From the NCBI GenBank assembly GCA_000934665.2, contig JYFJ02000229.1, forward strand, positions 1 to 64,000: 64,000 nt of DNA, read 5' to 3'. The position numbers were made by a program, and so were the translations under genes. Below, in pieces: positions 53,797 to 64,000 of the stretch. Source of the stretch: Catajapyx aquilonaris. Its lineage: Eukaryota. The notes below the pieces were generated by a model that searched no databases, was not told where the DNA came from, and was given only the letters and a program-made list of their open reading frames with translations. Position 1 is the first letter of the stretch. Each line of letters opens with the position of its first letter.

Positions 53797-54094
53797 GGGT
53801 ACAATATCTTGGTTCATCGGACCGGTCACCGCAGTCGTCGTTGCCGTCGCAGAAGTGGTCAAGCGGTATGCATATCCCCGAAGTAACGCAGGTGAACTGT
53901 GAGAGTTTACACTCGGTGGTGGGACCGCTGGCCACCAGAAGAGGCTTGGTGATGGGCGTGGCCCGTGGGTTGGGAAGGGTCAGCGGTATGGCCGAAGAGC
54001 TTGGGGAGTAGGCTGCCAGGGCCACGATGTTGGCCAGCCACAGCAGTGACCACAGAGTGGCCGTCACCAAGCCCATCAGGCCGACGGCTCCCAT
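53797..54094 (-). CDS. Coding exon 1: signal peptide, Pro/Thr-rich linker, LDLa domain
   Basis: [30 protein letters not shown] is signal-like; [37 protein letters not shown] (53911-53801) is a six-Cys LDLa with DCxDxSDE. Donor ACCC|GTGAGT at 53797/53796 (phase 1). An acceptor ttattttgcag| at 54104/54103 lies 9 nt before the ATG, so the start is likely rather than certain. Confidence 0.88.
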
Positions 54095-57000
54095 TCCGTC
54101 AGGCTGCAAAATAAGGACCACATGCCTATAGTAGTACGGCTCCATATCATGTGCAACACTGATGCTGGCACAGAGTAAAGTATTCAACATGGCTGGTCAT
54201 GAATACATTCCACTATCAATCCACTGATTACTTCTCTGTGCCCCGGAGATAATGAAACAATCAGAGCGGCATCATTGGCCACACTAGCTGTACAGAACGT
54301 GTAGACTATAGAGTAACAAGGTTGTGCTGTTGACAATATCTTACCATGTAAAAATACGAGTGTATTGTACATTGATTAGTTTGATATATCATATTACTTA
54401 CACTGACATACGCTGTGAAGAAAGAGAGGGAACATGAAAATAACTGTTTCATCAATATCAATATAACATTGACTACCAGCATCCTTAAGTCTAATAAGAA
54501 CTTGCATAGTAAGTTAAAGGGTGGAAGTGGCTTGACCAACACTTAATGAGCAACAGTTTATTGAGGTTAAGTTAATAACAGTGTTTGTGACATAAGCTAT
54601 ATTTCTGTATATGACATCTTATATGCTTAAATAATTATGTTTGCTATCTAGGTATTAGCTAACTTATCAATTTGTTATCTTAATTTTTTATTAATCATAA
54701 TTTTTGTCGCTATTTCTGACTGTCAAAAGTGTTAGCGTGTACACCGCAAATGCAATCAGAAAATCCGGCAGCAGAAGGCAACTTTGTCATGCACTCTATA
54801 ATCCTTGCAATCAATACAAAACCCACATTCTACTGGCATACAGCATTAAATCGTGTCTGCTAATTAAACTCTGCTGGATGATTTCAACCAGTGGGAAGCA
54901 CAGGTAACCCCCAGAAAATTGAAACAACATTGAGCAGTATTTGAGCACTCGGTTTTATTCTCTCCAACCATCATCGTGACCCTCGGCGTTGTGAAATGTG
55001 CGCTCCATTTGCTTGAAACAATCCCACCCTTAACGGTAGGATAAACGTTGCGTCAAGTCCCCTCCCTCCCCGCTCCTGCCCCTCCCTCCCTCCCCTCCTA
55101 GTTATTATCGCAGATGAACGCGTTAATGAATCTGATTGCGGTTGCACGGATGCCTTTGAACGAGCGATGCGTAAGAGTACCAATTGGCCAAGATGCATAC
55201 GTGATTTTAATAAAGCCGTCAAGCCCGTCATCGCATCTCCCAGCTGTGTGAATGGATATGACGGACATTGCACATACCCCTGAAGGCTGCCTTATTACGA
55301 AAACGCGTAATTATGCGAATTGAAAGCGAAGCTGCTGATCCGTGAGAGGCGGATGAGTAGGAAACAATACACTTCCGCCTGGTGCTGCGCTTTTGTTCAA
55401 TCCGATACGTTCTCAGACAACTTTGAAGAGTCGGAGCATTGTTTGGGAAGTTTAGCTTTTACAAGCATGGAAACACTAGGCCTGAACCTCCCGGGCTACA
55501 ACACCGGGGGATCCAAATTGCATTCCACGGCAATGCCAACCAAATAAGGGAGGCAGGGAAAATGAAGAGTCATGAAAACATTCCTCAGATCCCTACATGG
55601 AGCTTGTCCTCTCCTTTCATCCCTACGAGCATGTGAGGACACGTGCATTAATAGCGTTCGTTTGTTCGGAATCTGGTTATAAATTAGGATAGCCATATTT
55701 GGGACCATATTATCAATCTGATTTTAATATTTTGCAATAAGGCAATAGCGAAGTTGTAGCTATGTTATGTGCTGACAGTGAGATAAAGTGACTATACAAT
55801 TATAATTGGCTGTCCACCCGGAAGAAGTTTTCAAACTGCATATCTGCATTGGAGAGATTTTCTTTCTCAGATCCAGCACATTATTTTTTAAGCCACTTGA
55901 TGCAGCCTTATCTACCCAAAAAGCAATTTTCTTACACACCCTAGAAAAGTTGGGGCGCAATATAACTTAGCGCAGTTTTTAAAATTCCATTACAAGTTTT
56001 TTTGCGACTCAAATATGGCTTCGGATTAGTGAGCATATTTGCTATTAAAAGTTGCATCGTTGGCTACAAAACAGATTAGGCGTCATAAGTAAGGGTAAGG
56101 TAATTGCAGGCCCTCGCCGTACAATGTGAGCCCCCCTTTCCTTTCTACTATCTGGTGCAGGAATCCTCAAAGTAGCTCGTTGCGAGTCGGATGGTGTTTT
56201 TGAACGTGGAACCCAGGCTGGAGTCGAGTTGAAAAGCAGCCGAGCAACATGATGCAAACGGATTTCTTGAGCCGGATTTGACTAGGAAGTAGGAAGCGTC
56301 GTGAGTGCGTTTCAGCCTGGACTGCTGCGTTGTGTGGCGGGGAATGACGCGGATCAAGTTGGTGCATGATGCTGCTGGTGTCTGGATTCTCATAAGAGTC
56401 GACCCGTGCCAGATCCAGTAATTAAGCGCAAGTGCACAATGCGCCAAGCCCATTTCGGGCTAGCAGCATACCCAGGCAAGTTGCCTTTTCCAAGTTTCCC
56501 CAGAAACTTGTTGTCCCTTTGAGGACCCACAGTAAATACGCTACCTGCCTAATCTTATCCATTACAGGCTTATTAGGGGCGTGTTGGAGGAAAACATTCT
56601 CCCTGCCTGATTAAGTTTGAATGAACCTCCTGGCGCAGAGCTGGGCTTATTAGCTTCCTGTCTTGCACGCACATTTCCGGAATTGTTCCCTAGTTAACCC
56701 CTACCTTCCTCTCGCTATCCTGCTTTCGACCTTTCTGCTCCTCTTACACGGTTCCACCTTTGGGATCACAGCATCACATATCAGGATATCTACTTCTCTT
56801 CTAGGATGTCCTCAAGGGGCAGGATTATAATTTGAGTTGATCTACTTCAATCTGACCTGTCGCTTCTAGACGTAAGACTTGAGAACATGACTATGGAGTA
56901 TGGTGTTACGAAACAAGAAGGCAGATTACATCAGTGTAAGTGTAGGTGTAATCGGACGCGGGAGATACCGGAGAGGATCATGGCTTAGCTGTGGAGCCTT

Positions 57001-60000
57001 TAAATTAAGGACGCGGTAACTTGTCTTATATGAGTACAGTCCAGAAGAATGTTTTTTTGTGTTCATTATGGCAGAGTCATTGTAGTTCGTATGCTAGAAA
57101 ATAGCTGCATTTTAATTTACAAGACCATAAAATTATGGGGACGACGTTTCCATGAAGTCTCATAACGACTGATGTAAAATGCATGTCCATTTTTCGTATT
57201 ATAGAAATATCTTGCATGTATTTCATTGATTGCCGAATACTGTAGAAGTGACCATAATCTGTGATGAAGCAGGAGTTTCCAAAGATTACTTGGCCGAGAC
57301 CCGTGCATGCCTATACCACTGTTCAATAATGTTATCAATAATCAAAGGTCAGACTGAAAGGCGTCTTTTTAACCTTGTCTTTTCTTTTTGGACTTGACCG
57401 TTGCTGCTCACCACGAAGAGTCCCTGGGAAGAACATATCCAAATGTGCGATACCCCTGCCAACTAGACTTTATTGTGAACAACAGATGGGCATCGGTTAT
57501 CTAGGAGTCTGGATAAAAAATATAGGTCATAGATATTAAAAGTAGCTTTTATATCTTGGTATATAACTTAGGTATGATTCCTATGATTCGTCTCTTTTTA
57601 GCATTAGCGGTGATAGTGCTATCATTTTATTAGAATCATGCAAACTATTATTGGCTTACAATGCCTCACAGACCTACAGGTTCGCGTGCATTATCTAACG
57701 CTCAGCCATTATTGATAGTTCAATCTGCAAAGAAAGTATACTATTACCGGAAAGAGGGGGAAAAGTAAGCCACCTGGTTTTCTTTTCGATGGCTGATACA
57801 GTACAGTAATTTATAAATTTATAAATTGCACATAAAATAAAAACATAATTATGCGCTATGTATGCTTATTGCTGTTCGTTTATTTTTATGCATAAACCAT
57901 AAAAGTATATGGCAATGACGAAAAATATGTAGCAGAGGTCATTTTTCCGCAAGTTTTGATTCGTGTCTGAAGAGGTGATTACATGTTGAAGATCATGAAT
58001 CAGGAATATTACCCATTTCCACCATTACGGCTGCGTGGTGGGTTAGCCAATTGTTGCAGCAAGCCCTTTAATGTACACAGGGAAATGTGACGGTTTTGTT
58101 GTGGAGATGTATGCGGAGATATATTATCGCGCAAAAACGCAATTTGCGCAAAGAGATAATTTGCTTCAAAAGTGGTAAACCATCGCTTCAACTATTAATT
58201 CCGCAGTGTCCCTGAAGAGTTGACGAGCACTGGGAAAATGCGGGACCTCAGAAATTGTCAATTTCCCAACGTTCAAAATGCATGAAGGCCGATGTCGCCT
58301 TTTAGAAGCAGCAGCGGGGCCCTGCATCGCTCCGTGACACGCGGATAACTCAATTTCGACCAACGATTGATATGTGACCTTTACGTGACTACTGCACATA
58401 TTTCCGAGCCTATCATTAATAATGAGAGAAACTCGTAACCCTTAAATCTTCATTGGACTCAAAGGTTAGAAGTATTCTCGAGTTTGGGGCACCTGCGTGG
58501 AGCAGACTATTATGGAATGAGCAGATTGTACTTGAATGAGAATAAGCGTGGGCAATAAATTAATCCAGCTGTATCTGGAAGTGAAACATTTCCTTTCGCA
58601 CATTAGCTAGAGAGAGAGAAGAGTGATAAACTATGCGGGGTGAGTGTACATCCGCCGTTGCTATGCTGGAACTGTATATACTACCAAGCTAGCTAGCTTA
58701 TTCCCGGAGCAAAATTGAGGAAATTAAGTGCCAGACCTTTCCACGCAATCACTTTCATCTTGAGAGAAATTCTCGACGCCATGAACCGTCACTCTCATAT
58801 ATATGCGGTGAAATTTTCATTCCCCCATGCTTCCAAACACTTGTCTTATGATAGTCGCAAAACCCTATTGCGGACATAATCTCCAGGGGTCGAGTGAGAG
58901 TGCTGGTACAATATTTTGGTTTGGCCTAGAATAAATTCTACCCAGGGGGAATCGAACTGGACGGAAATTATCTAACGGCTTTCCTTTCATTTTCCATGCA
59001 AAGTTTTCCCCCTGCCCCCTTTATCATGGGAACAATAGGAAATTTCACGCTCACCAAACTTTTCTGATTTGTTACACGAATTTCCCATTCCAAAAGTTTG
59101 GTTCCAGTGTGCTTCCTGTTAGACTCCAGATTCCATTTCCTTCACAATAAAAATAAGGAATACAACCTATTTTTTGTACACAAAAATACATGGCGTATAC
59201 TGGGTTGGAGGTAGGTGTGACAATAAAGGTAGAGCCTAGAATGCGTGTGTGTAATTCAGTCTAACGGGTATTCCTCATTCCATTTGTTGCAGCGCTTGCA
59301 TTCGTCGAGTCCCATCTGGTCCGGAAGAGATTGGCCTGAATATTTCAAAGGGCCCAGTGCAACTCACCAGCAACCGCGCCAAAGCCCCACAAGGCTTGCT
59401 TGCCCATACTCTTCAAAGACCAACCTCCATTTACACCAAAAGAGAGTCACTTCCTCTAGGGACACACATCAGTCCTAAACCGACACAACCGGTAATATTA
59501 AATTTATTTCCGTTCCTGCACTCACCCATTGGAAGGACTGTCAGACGCCCTATCCTGGCCAAGTTCTATATACTACTATGGGAATGCTGGGCCTGATGAG
59601 AACCAATCATCATTATGTCAATGCTCATTAAATGGGCTGGTGTTTGTCAGTGCCTGATGCTATTATAGTACATGCAGAAATTATGTGTAACATGGGATGT
59701 ACAGTATGCGCTTAAAATAATGATTTTTTTCGAGCACCCCTACTCCCAAATGGCCTTCCTAAGTAATGGCAGTTTTTAAGACCCTCATGGTGAGTGTTCA
59801 AGTGCTGCAAGGCTTTTAGCCAGTATGGTTCATGACTAAAGTATTTATTTTCAAATCCGCTTATTATTTTTAAGCCGCCTTTCAGGCATTGCTTTCAAGA
59901 ACCGCCACCCACCTGTGTGCATGTTTCTCGGAAAAAGAAAATATTCCGAAAATGTTACAGTACACGCTATCCAAACAAGATATAGAATACATAGCATACA

Positions 60001-62038
60001 ATGTATTCAGTAAAAAAAGTACATTCCATCGAGGACCCGTTTCGGGTTATTTTTGATAACTGATAAGTATAATGCGTATAGCAGAATATCAAGATGGGAA
60101 AGTTATTTTTTACCAAAGTATAAAATTCGAGCGTATATTCTGATATGAGCATGGAACATTTTGAAGCAAAGGTGGGTCAGTGGCAGTTTGCAATTCACAG
60201 TTGATGGAAACACCCACCAGCAAAAAAATCTAGCTCTTCATGAAGCAAAAAAAAAACTGGATCCTTTCACTGGATCCTTTATTATTCATGATTTGTGGCA
60301 ACTCGTTTGCCTCTAATGATTCTAATCAGTGGGATTTTTTCGCCCTAAATATTGGCAAAACCGCAATGCACTCGTCGATATGGCCTATTGGTCAAGTACC
60401 CTTTGGATTCAACATTCATCCGGTCTATTGACATTATATCAAGTATCAGGTCAGGAAAAGGGGGGAATACAGTATATAGAGTAGCAGAAAATCTCTCGGA
60501 GGTTGAAGTTGATTCTGGTGAGGAACTGGCGGAATGCATGCACCTTTGTGGAGAGACGATGGAGGAAATGGGCGTAAAATAAGCACAACATTAAGTTGCT
60601 GACAGGCGCTGAGCTCGGAGGTGATTATCAGCCTCCTATACAACTACATGGTAAGCTCCTCGCCTAGTGTAGTCCGAAGTTGAAAATCCTGTTGGAGAAG
60701 GGAGAGAAGTCTGTTCCTAATTCGAGCTGAATCCAAATTTGGGATGCAATTAGGAAGTAACCTTTCCCCGAGAAGGGCCAGAGTATTAGCGGACCTCTTC
60801 TTTACAAGCCACGTTTTACTTCATTGCAAGACATCGGGAATGAGTTGTAGTAATGACTACTTTATTTCTTTAGGGTAAGAAGTCGTTTAGGATTTTCATG
60901 AATTGCACTATTTTGGCACTTTTGGGGGAGAAAATAATTATTGGTGATGTTTGAAAGTCAGCATGATCTGTCCTCACTTTATGTAAGAACCCTATTGGGT
61001 TAAGTATTCACTTGAAATATCGTGTTTTCCACAAATCTGGAATCAGACGCTATTTCCCCCAATACAGATGTAACCTAACGTTTGGATCATTCTGTTCATG
61101 ATATAAACTCCACATGTCACTGTTGCTTCATGAGCGTCGGCGAAATATGTTAATAATATTTTTCAACCATTCTACGGATGTAGAGTAAATTTCCAATAAC
61201 ACAGTAATAAGTCCATTTCGCGATAATGGTTAAAAAGCGAGGGTTTTTTATGCCATACACGAGGATTTTTAGGTGCAGAACGAATCGATAACGAACATGG
61301 CGGAAATGGGGCTCGAATGAAAATCGCCTTTCCCTAGGGGGAGACGCACATGTCGGAAAGTTCGTTTCATTAGGAAGATTAGGTTGGAGATTAGAGTAAA
61401 ACACATGTGATTTGATTTGCCGCGCTGGAAACATTTTATATAGTAGTCGCCATTCACACTACTTTAAATACGAGCACCGTTGGGATGAAGGGGGGTGCTA
61501 CAAAAGCGTTTTGCTACATCCTTCTTTCTTTAATATCCATAAATTGTGTTGAAATGCGCCGGTAGCCATTTATCACGCTTGTCTAGTCCAAGGCCGGCCC
61601 CTTGACACATGCAAAATGGCTCGTAAACTTGAAACAGTAGTCGCGATTCTCCTCCCCACAGGATCTTTTCTCAGGTGTTTCCACAAAATGCATTTCGCCA
61701 TCCGAGGGAGCATTCGCCATTAATACTGACCTTCGCCAGCCTCATAAACGTGCCAAGCCGGAAAATTCATGCTTGTTTTTGTGCTTCTTACAAAGGCATC
61801 CACTCGGCTGCTTTAGCTTACACTGGAGAGGAAGAAGGGACGGCAAAAAGGACGCGGAATGAGAGATGAATCCTGGAGGCAAATTATTCTGCTCAAACGA
61901 CGTTCGCACATTTCCGCTGGTTCACGTCCGGTAGACCGGCACTAAATCACCAGATGCAATCCCGATTAAATTCGACGTGTCTCCCGCCTTCAACATCCTC
62001 CCCACAAAAGGAATAAGGGAAGAAGACTGAAAACTCAC

Positions 62039-62345
62039 CAATTTGCTCAACCCAGAGGAATCGCCTCACTAACTCTCACAATCCATATCCCGCACAATTT
62101 TTTCACAAGTTTTATTAGTAAACTGCAAAACTCGATTTTATAAGTGCGGCAGTAGTATAGCTAGTTAACGGCATCCGGTGATCCCAAATCAGTAGGTGTC
62201 ATGTTCCCACTACCCTTAATGTGACGCCTATGGTGACACCACCCCACTCAAATGACCTGTCCCGCTGATGTCCCCAAGCCCAAAGAAATCGGAGACCACA
62301 TTTACCCCTACACACTATTCTCCACATTGAACCCTACTCAACTGA
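62039..62345 (-). promoter_or_regulatory. Candidate initiator and non-coding first exon of the CUB-LDLa gene
   Basis: Minus-strand TCAGTT (arthropod Inr consensus) at 62345-62340 and a consensus donor TTG|GTGAGT at 62039/62038. An upstream exon is implied by the acceptor at 54104. Short motifs only. Confidence 0.3.
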
Positions 62346-62979
62346 CGCAGGTCGAAATTTCTGCTGGTAGTGGAAAGAGTTCACTCTAACCAGCATCCTT
62401 TCAACACCACTTTGCTGTTACACCTACGGTAGTTATTAACGTTCACCAACATTATTTTCACATAATTTTTTACAATACACACAAAGCAGAATTATTAGTA
62501 AGAATATTGGTCTTTTCTCAAACATGTAGAATGAAAACCATACAAAATATTTTTGACTTTAATATTAGTAAGAAGGTAGAGGACGACGACATGGGGTCCA
62601 AGATGTCCAAGGAACGAAAGAGATGGAAAAAAGCCGTAATAAAGTTTAACTTGGCGGGCCACTGATGCTGATGGATTACTGCCCAACGTTAGACTACGTT
62701 ACTTTTTATAGCACCCTTCCTTATACGAGTATACCGTACAGTTCAGGTTAGAGAACCTACATGATACATTGAGATAAAACGAATTCTTATCTACCTGGCA
62801 TATCCAATCCATCAGCTCTCGCTCTTTTTAAATCTCATGCAAGAAAACCATTTTGAAATTGGCCCAAACTCTTAGCTTGACTCACGTCCTACTACAAAGT
62901 ATGATACATTAAAAACTCTTAATGAATCTCTGAATGCAACATTCAGAGCACACTTTACCAACAATAGAGCCTATAGGCA

Positions 62980-63407
62980 ACCGAAGCTAGTTGGTGGAGT
63001 GGACAAGGTGTCCGACTGCTAATCGGGAGATCCTGGGTTCGAGTCCCGGGGCCGGCGATCCTGATCGTGGTTATCTGTGGTTTCCTACGGTCCTCCCAGG
63101 AAAATTCCGGGGTCGCTTGTGTAAATAATAGGCAACAACCGCCCCCTCCCTTTCCTATCCTTGACCCATCCATGGGGAGGTGCGGTGTCGGTGGGGTGTT
63201 TCTGACCCGCACCTAGGGGGTTATCTTGTAACCTGACCCCCAACATAAAGACAACGCACTTGCACCAGTGTCCCCTCCTCACAAATCCCTATCCTGATCC
63301 GTGCACCGGAGAGAAAAATACGAAAGAAAATTCGCAAGAAAAAATGGTGGTAATCCACCCCCCCCTAAAAGGGTTCCGTTCCCTGCAATGGGGTAAAAAG
63401 TAATAAT
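62980..63407 (+). mobile_element. tRNA-derived SINE (head type B), full length
   Basis: A box TGGTGGAGTGG, anticodon-like arm CCGA-CTGCTAA-TCGG, B box GGTTCGAGTCC; short A/TAA tail; 11-bp TSD AATAGAGCCTA at 62963-62973 and 63408-63418 (6 extra nt between TSD and head). Confidence 0.92.
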
Positions 63408-64000
63408 AATAGAGCCTAGCCTGGATATACTCACACCTTACTAATTACCACTCCCGCCACACTTTATCACATCACCTCAAGATAATGAAATTAATTTTTA
63501 AGAATAACTGTGAGCAACTTCCGCCTCTCCACTCAGCCCATGGATCGATTTCAGGCCCGGCGATCCAGGGACCTCTCTTTGCAACCACAACCAACACCCT
63601 CCCTCCCTTGGCCCCATCAACTCCCCGCCTCTTTCCTTTATAAGGGGGTAAACCCCCCGAAGTCCTTCCCCGTCGCTATTGATGGATTGTGTAGGGACCC
63701 TGTTGAACACACAAAGACACCGCCGGTCTAGTATTGATGATAATTCATAATGCTCGGATGCAATCGGCTTGGGGACCCCTACCCTTCAAACCTCTATACA
63801 CCTCCTCCCAGCCTGTTTCAAGCTTTGTGAGAAAAAGTGGACGCCACTTTATGGATCTTGTGTTTGAAAATGACAAAGTTGCTCTAAAATGGGTCATTTT
63901 CTAAAAACAATTTCACGGGTCGTTAGGGACAAATGTTACGGTACGTAACCTGAGGTAGGCTATTAATATTTGAGGCACAGGTGCTAAAAGCGACATACCA

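Larger units (their letters stand above)
19699..54094 (-). other. Gene span (coding part) of a 989-aa CUB and LDLa domain type I transmembrane protein; 4 coding exons; introns 22102, 77 and 9247 bp
   Basis: Exons of 298+137+1206+1329 = 2970 nt join in frame through canonical GT-AG sites (phases 1,0,0) to a TGA at 19699-19701. Architecture recalls arthropod CUB-LDLa proteins such as Drosophila Culd, but orthology cannot be assigned by eye. Confidence 0.9.

Noticed and set aside
62980..63057. Possible tRNA-Ser(GCT) gene, also near 29835-29911
   Set aside because: No acceptor stem or long variable arm; continues into a SINE body bounded by TSDs.
1..64000. CRISPR arrays, operons, rRNA, autonomous transposase or reverse transcriptase genes
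   Set aside because: No regularly spaced repeats, rRNA motifs or DDE/RT-like ORFs were seen; the window is intron-rich eukaryotic DNA.

Overview
Eukaryotic genomic DNA, most likely arthropod (inferred from the protein and repeat types; species not determinable). One protein-coding gene is well supported, on the minus strand: join(54094-53797, 31694-31558, 31480-30275, 21027-19699) = 2970 nt, 989 aa. All junctions are GT-AG and phase-compatible. It encodes a type I membrane protein: signal peptide, LDLa, about five CUB/CUB-like modules, a second atypical LDLa, one TM helix and a short polybasic tail. The 137-nt exon is absent from the ORF track in its correct frame. The rest is intronic or intergenic DNA with non-autonomous mobile elements: four TSD-flanked tRNA-derived SINEs with apparently interchangeable head, body and tail modules, a V-domain-like SINE interrupted by a PIF/Harbinger MITE, several Tc1/mariner-type MITEs (one with perfect 82-bp TIRs), a tRNA-like element with a scrambled anticodon arm, microsatellites and a 5-N gap. 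No CRISPR, rRNA, operon or autonomous transposon was seen. I found no strong evidence for a wholly new biological system. The best leads are the modular SINE family with a structure-conserved 3' tail and the uncharacterised CUB-LDLa receptor.
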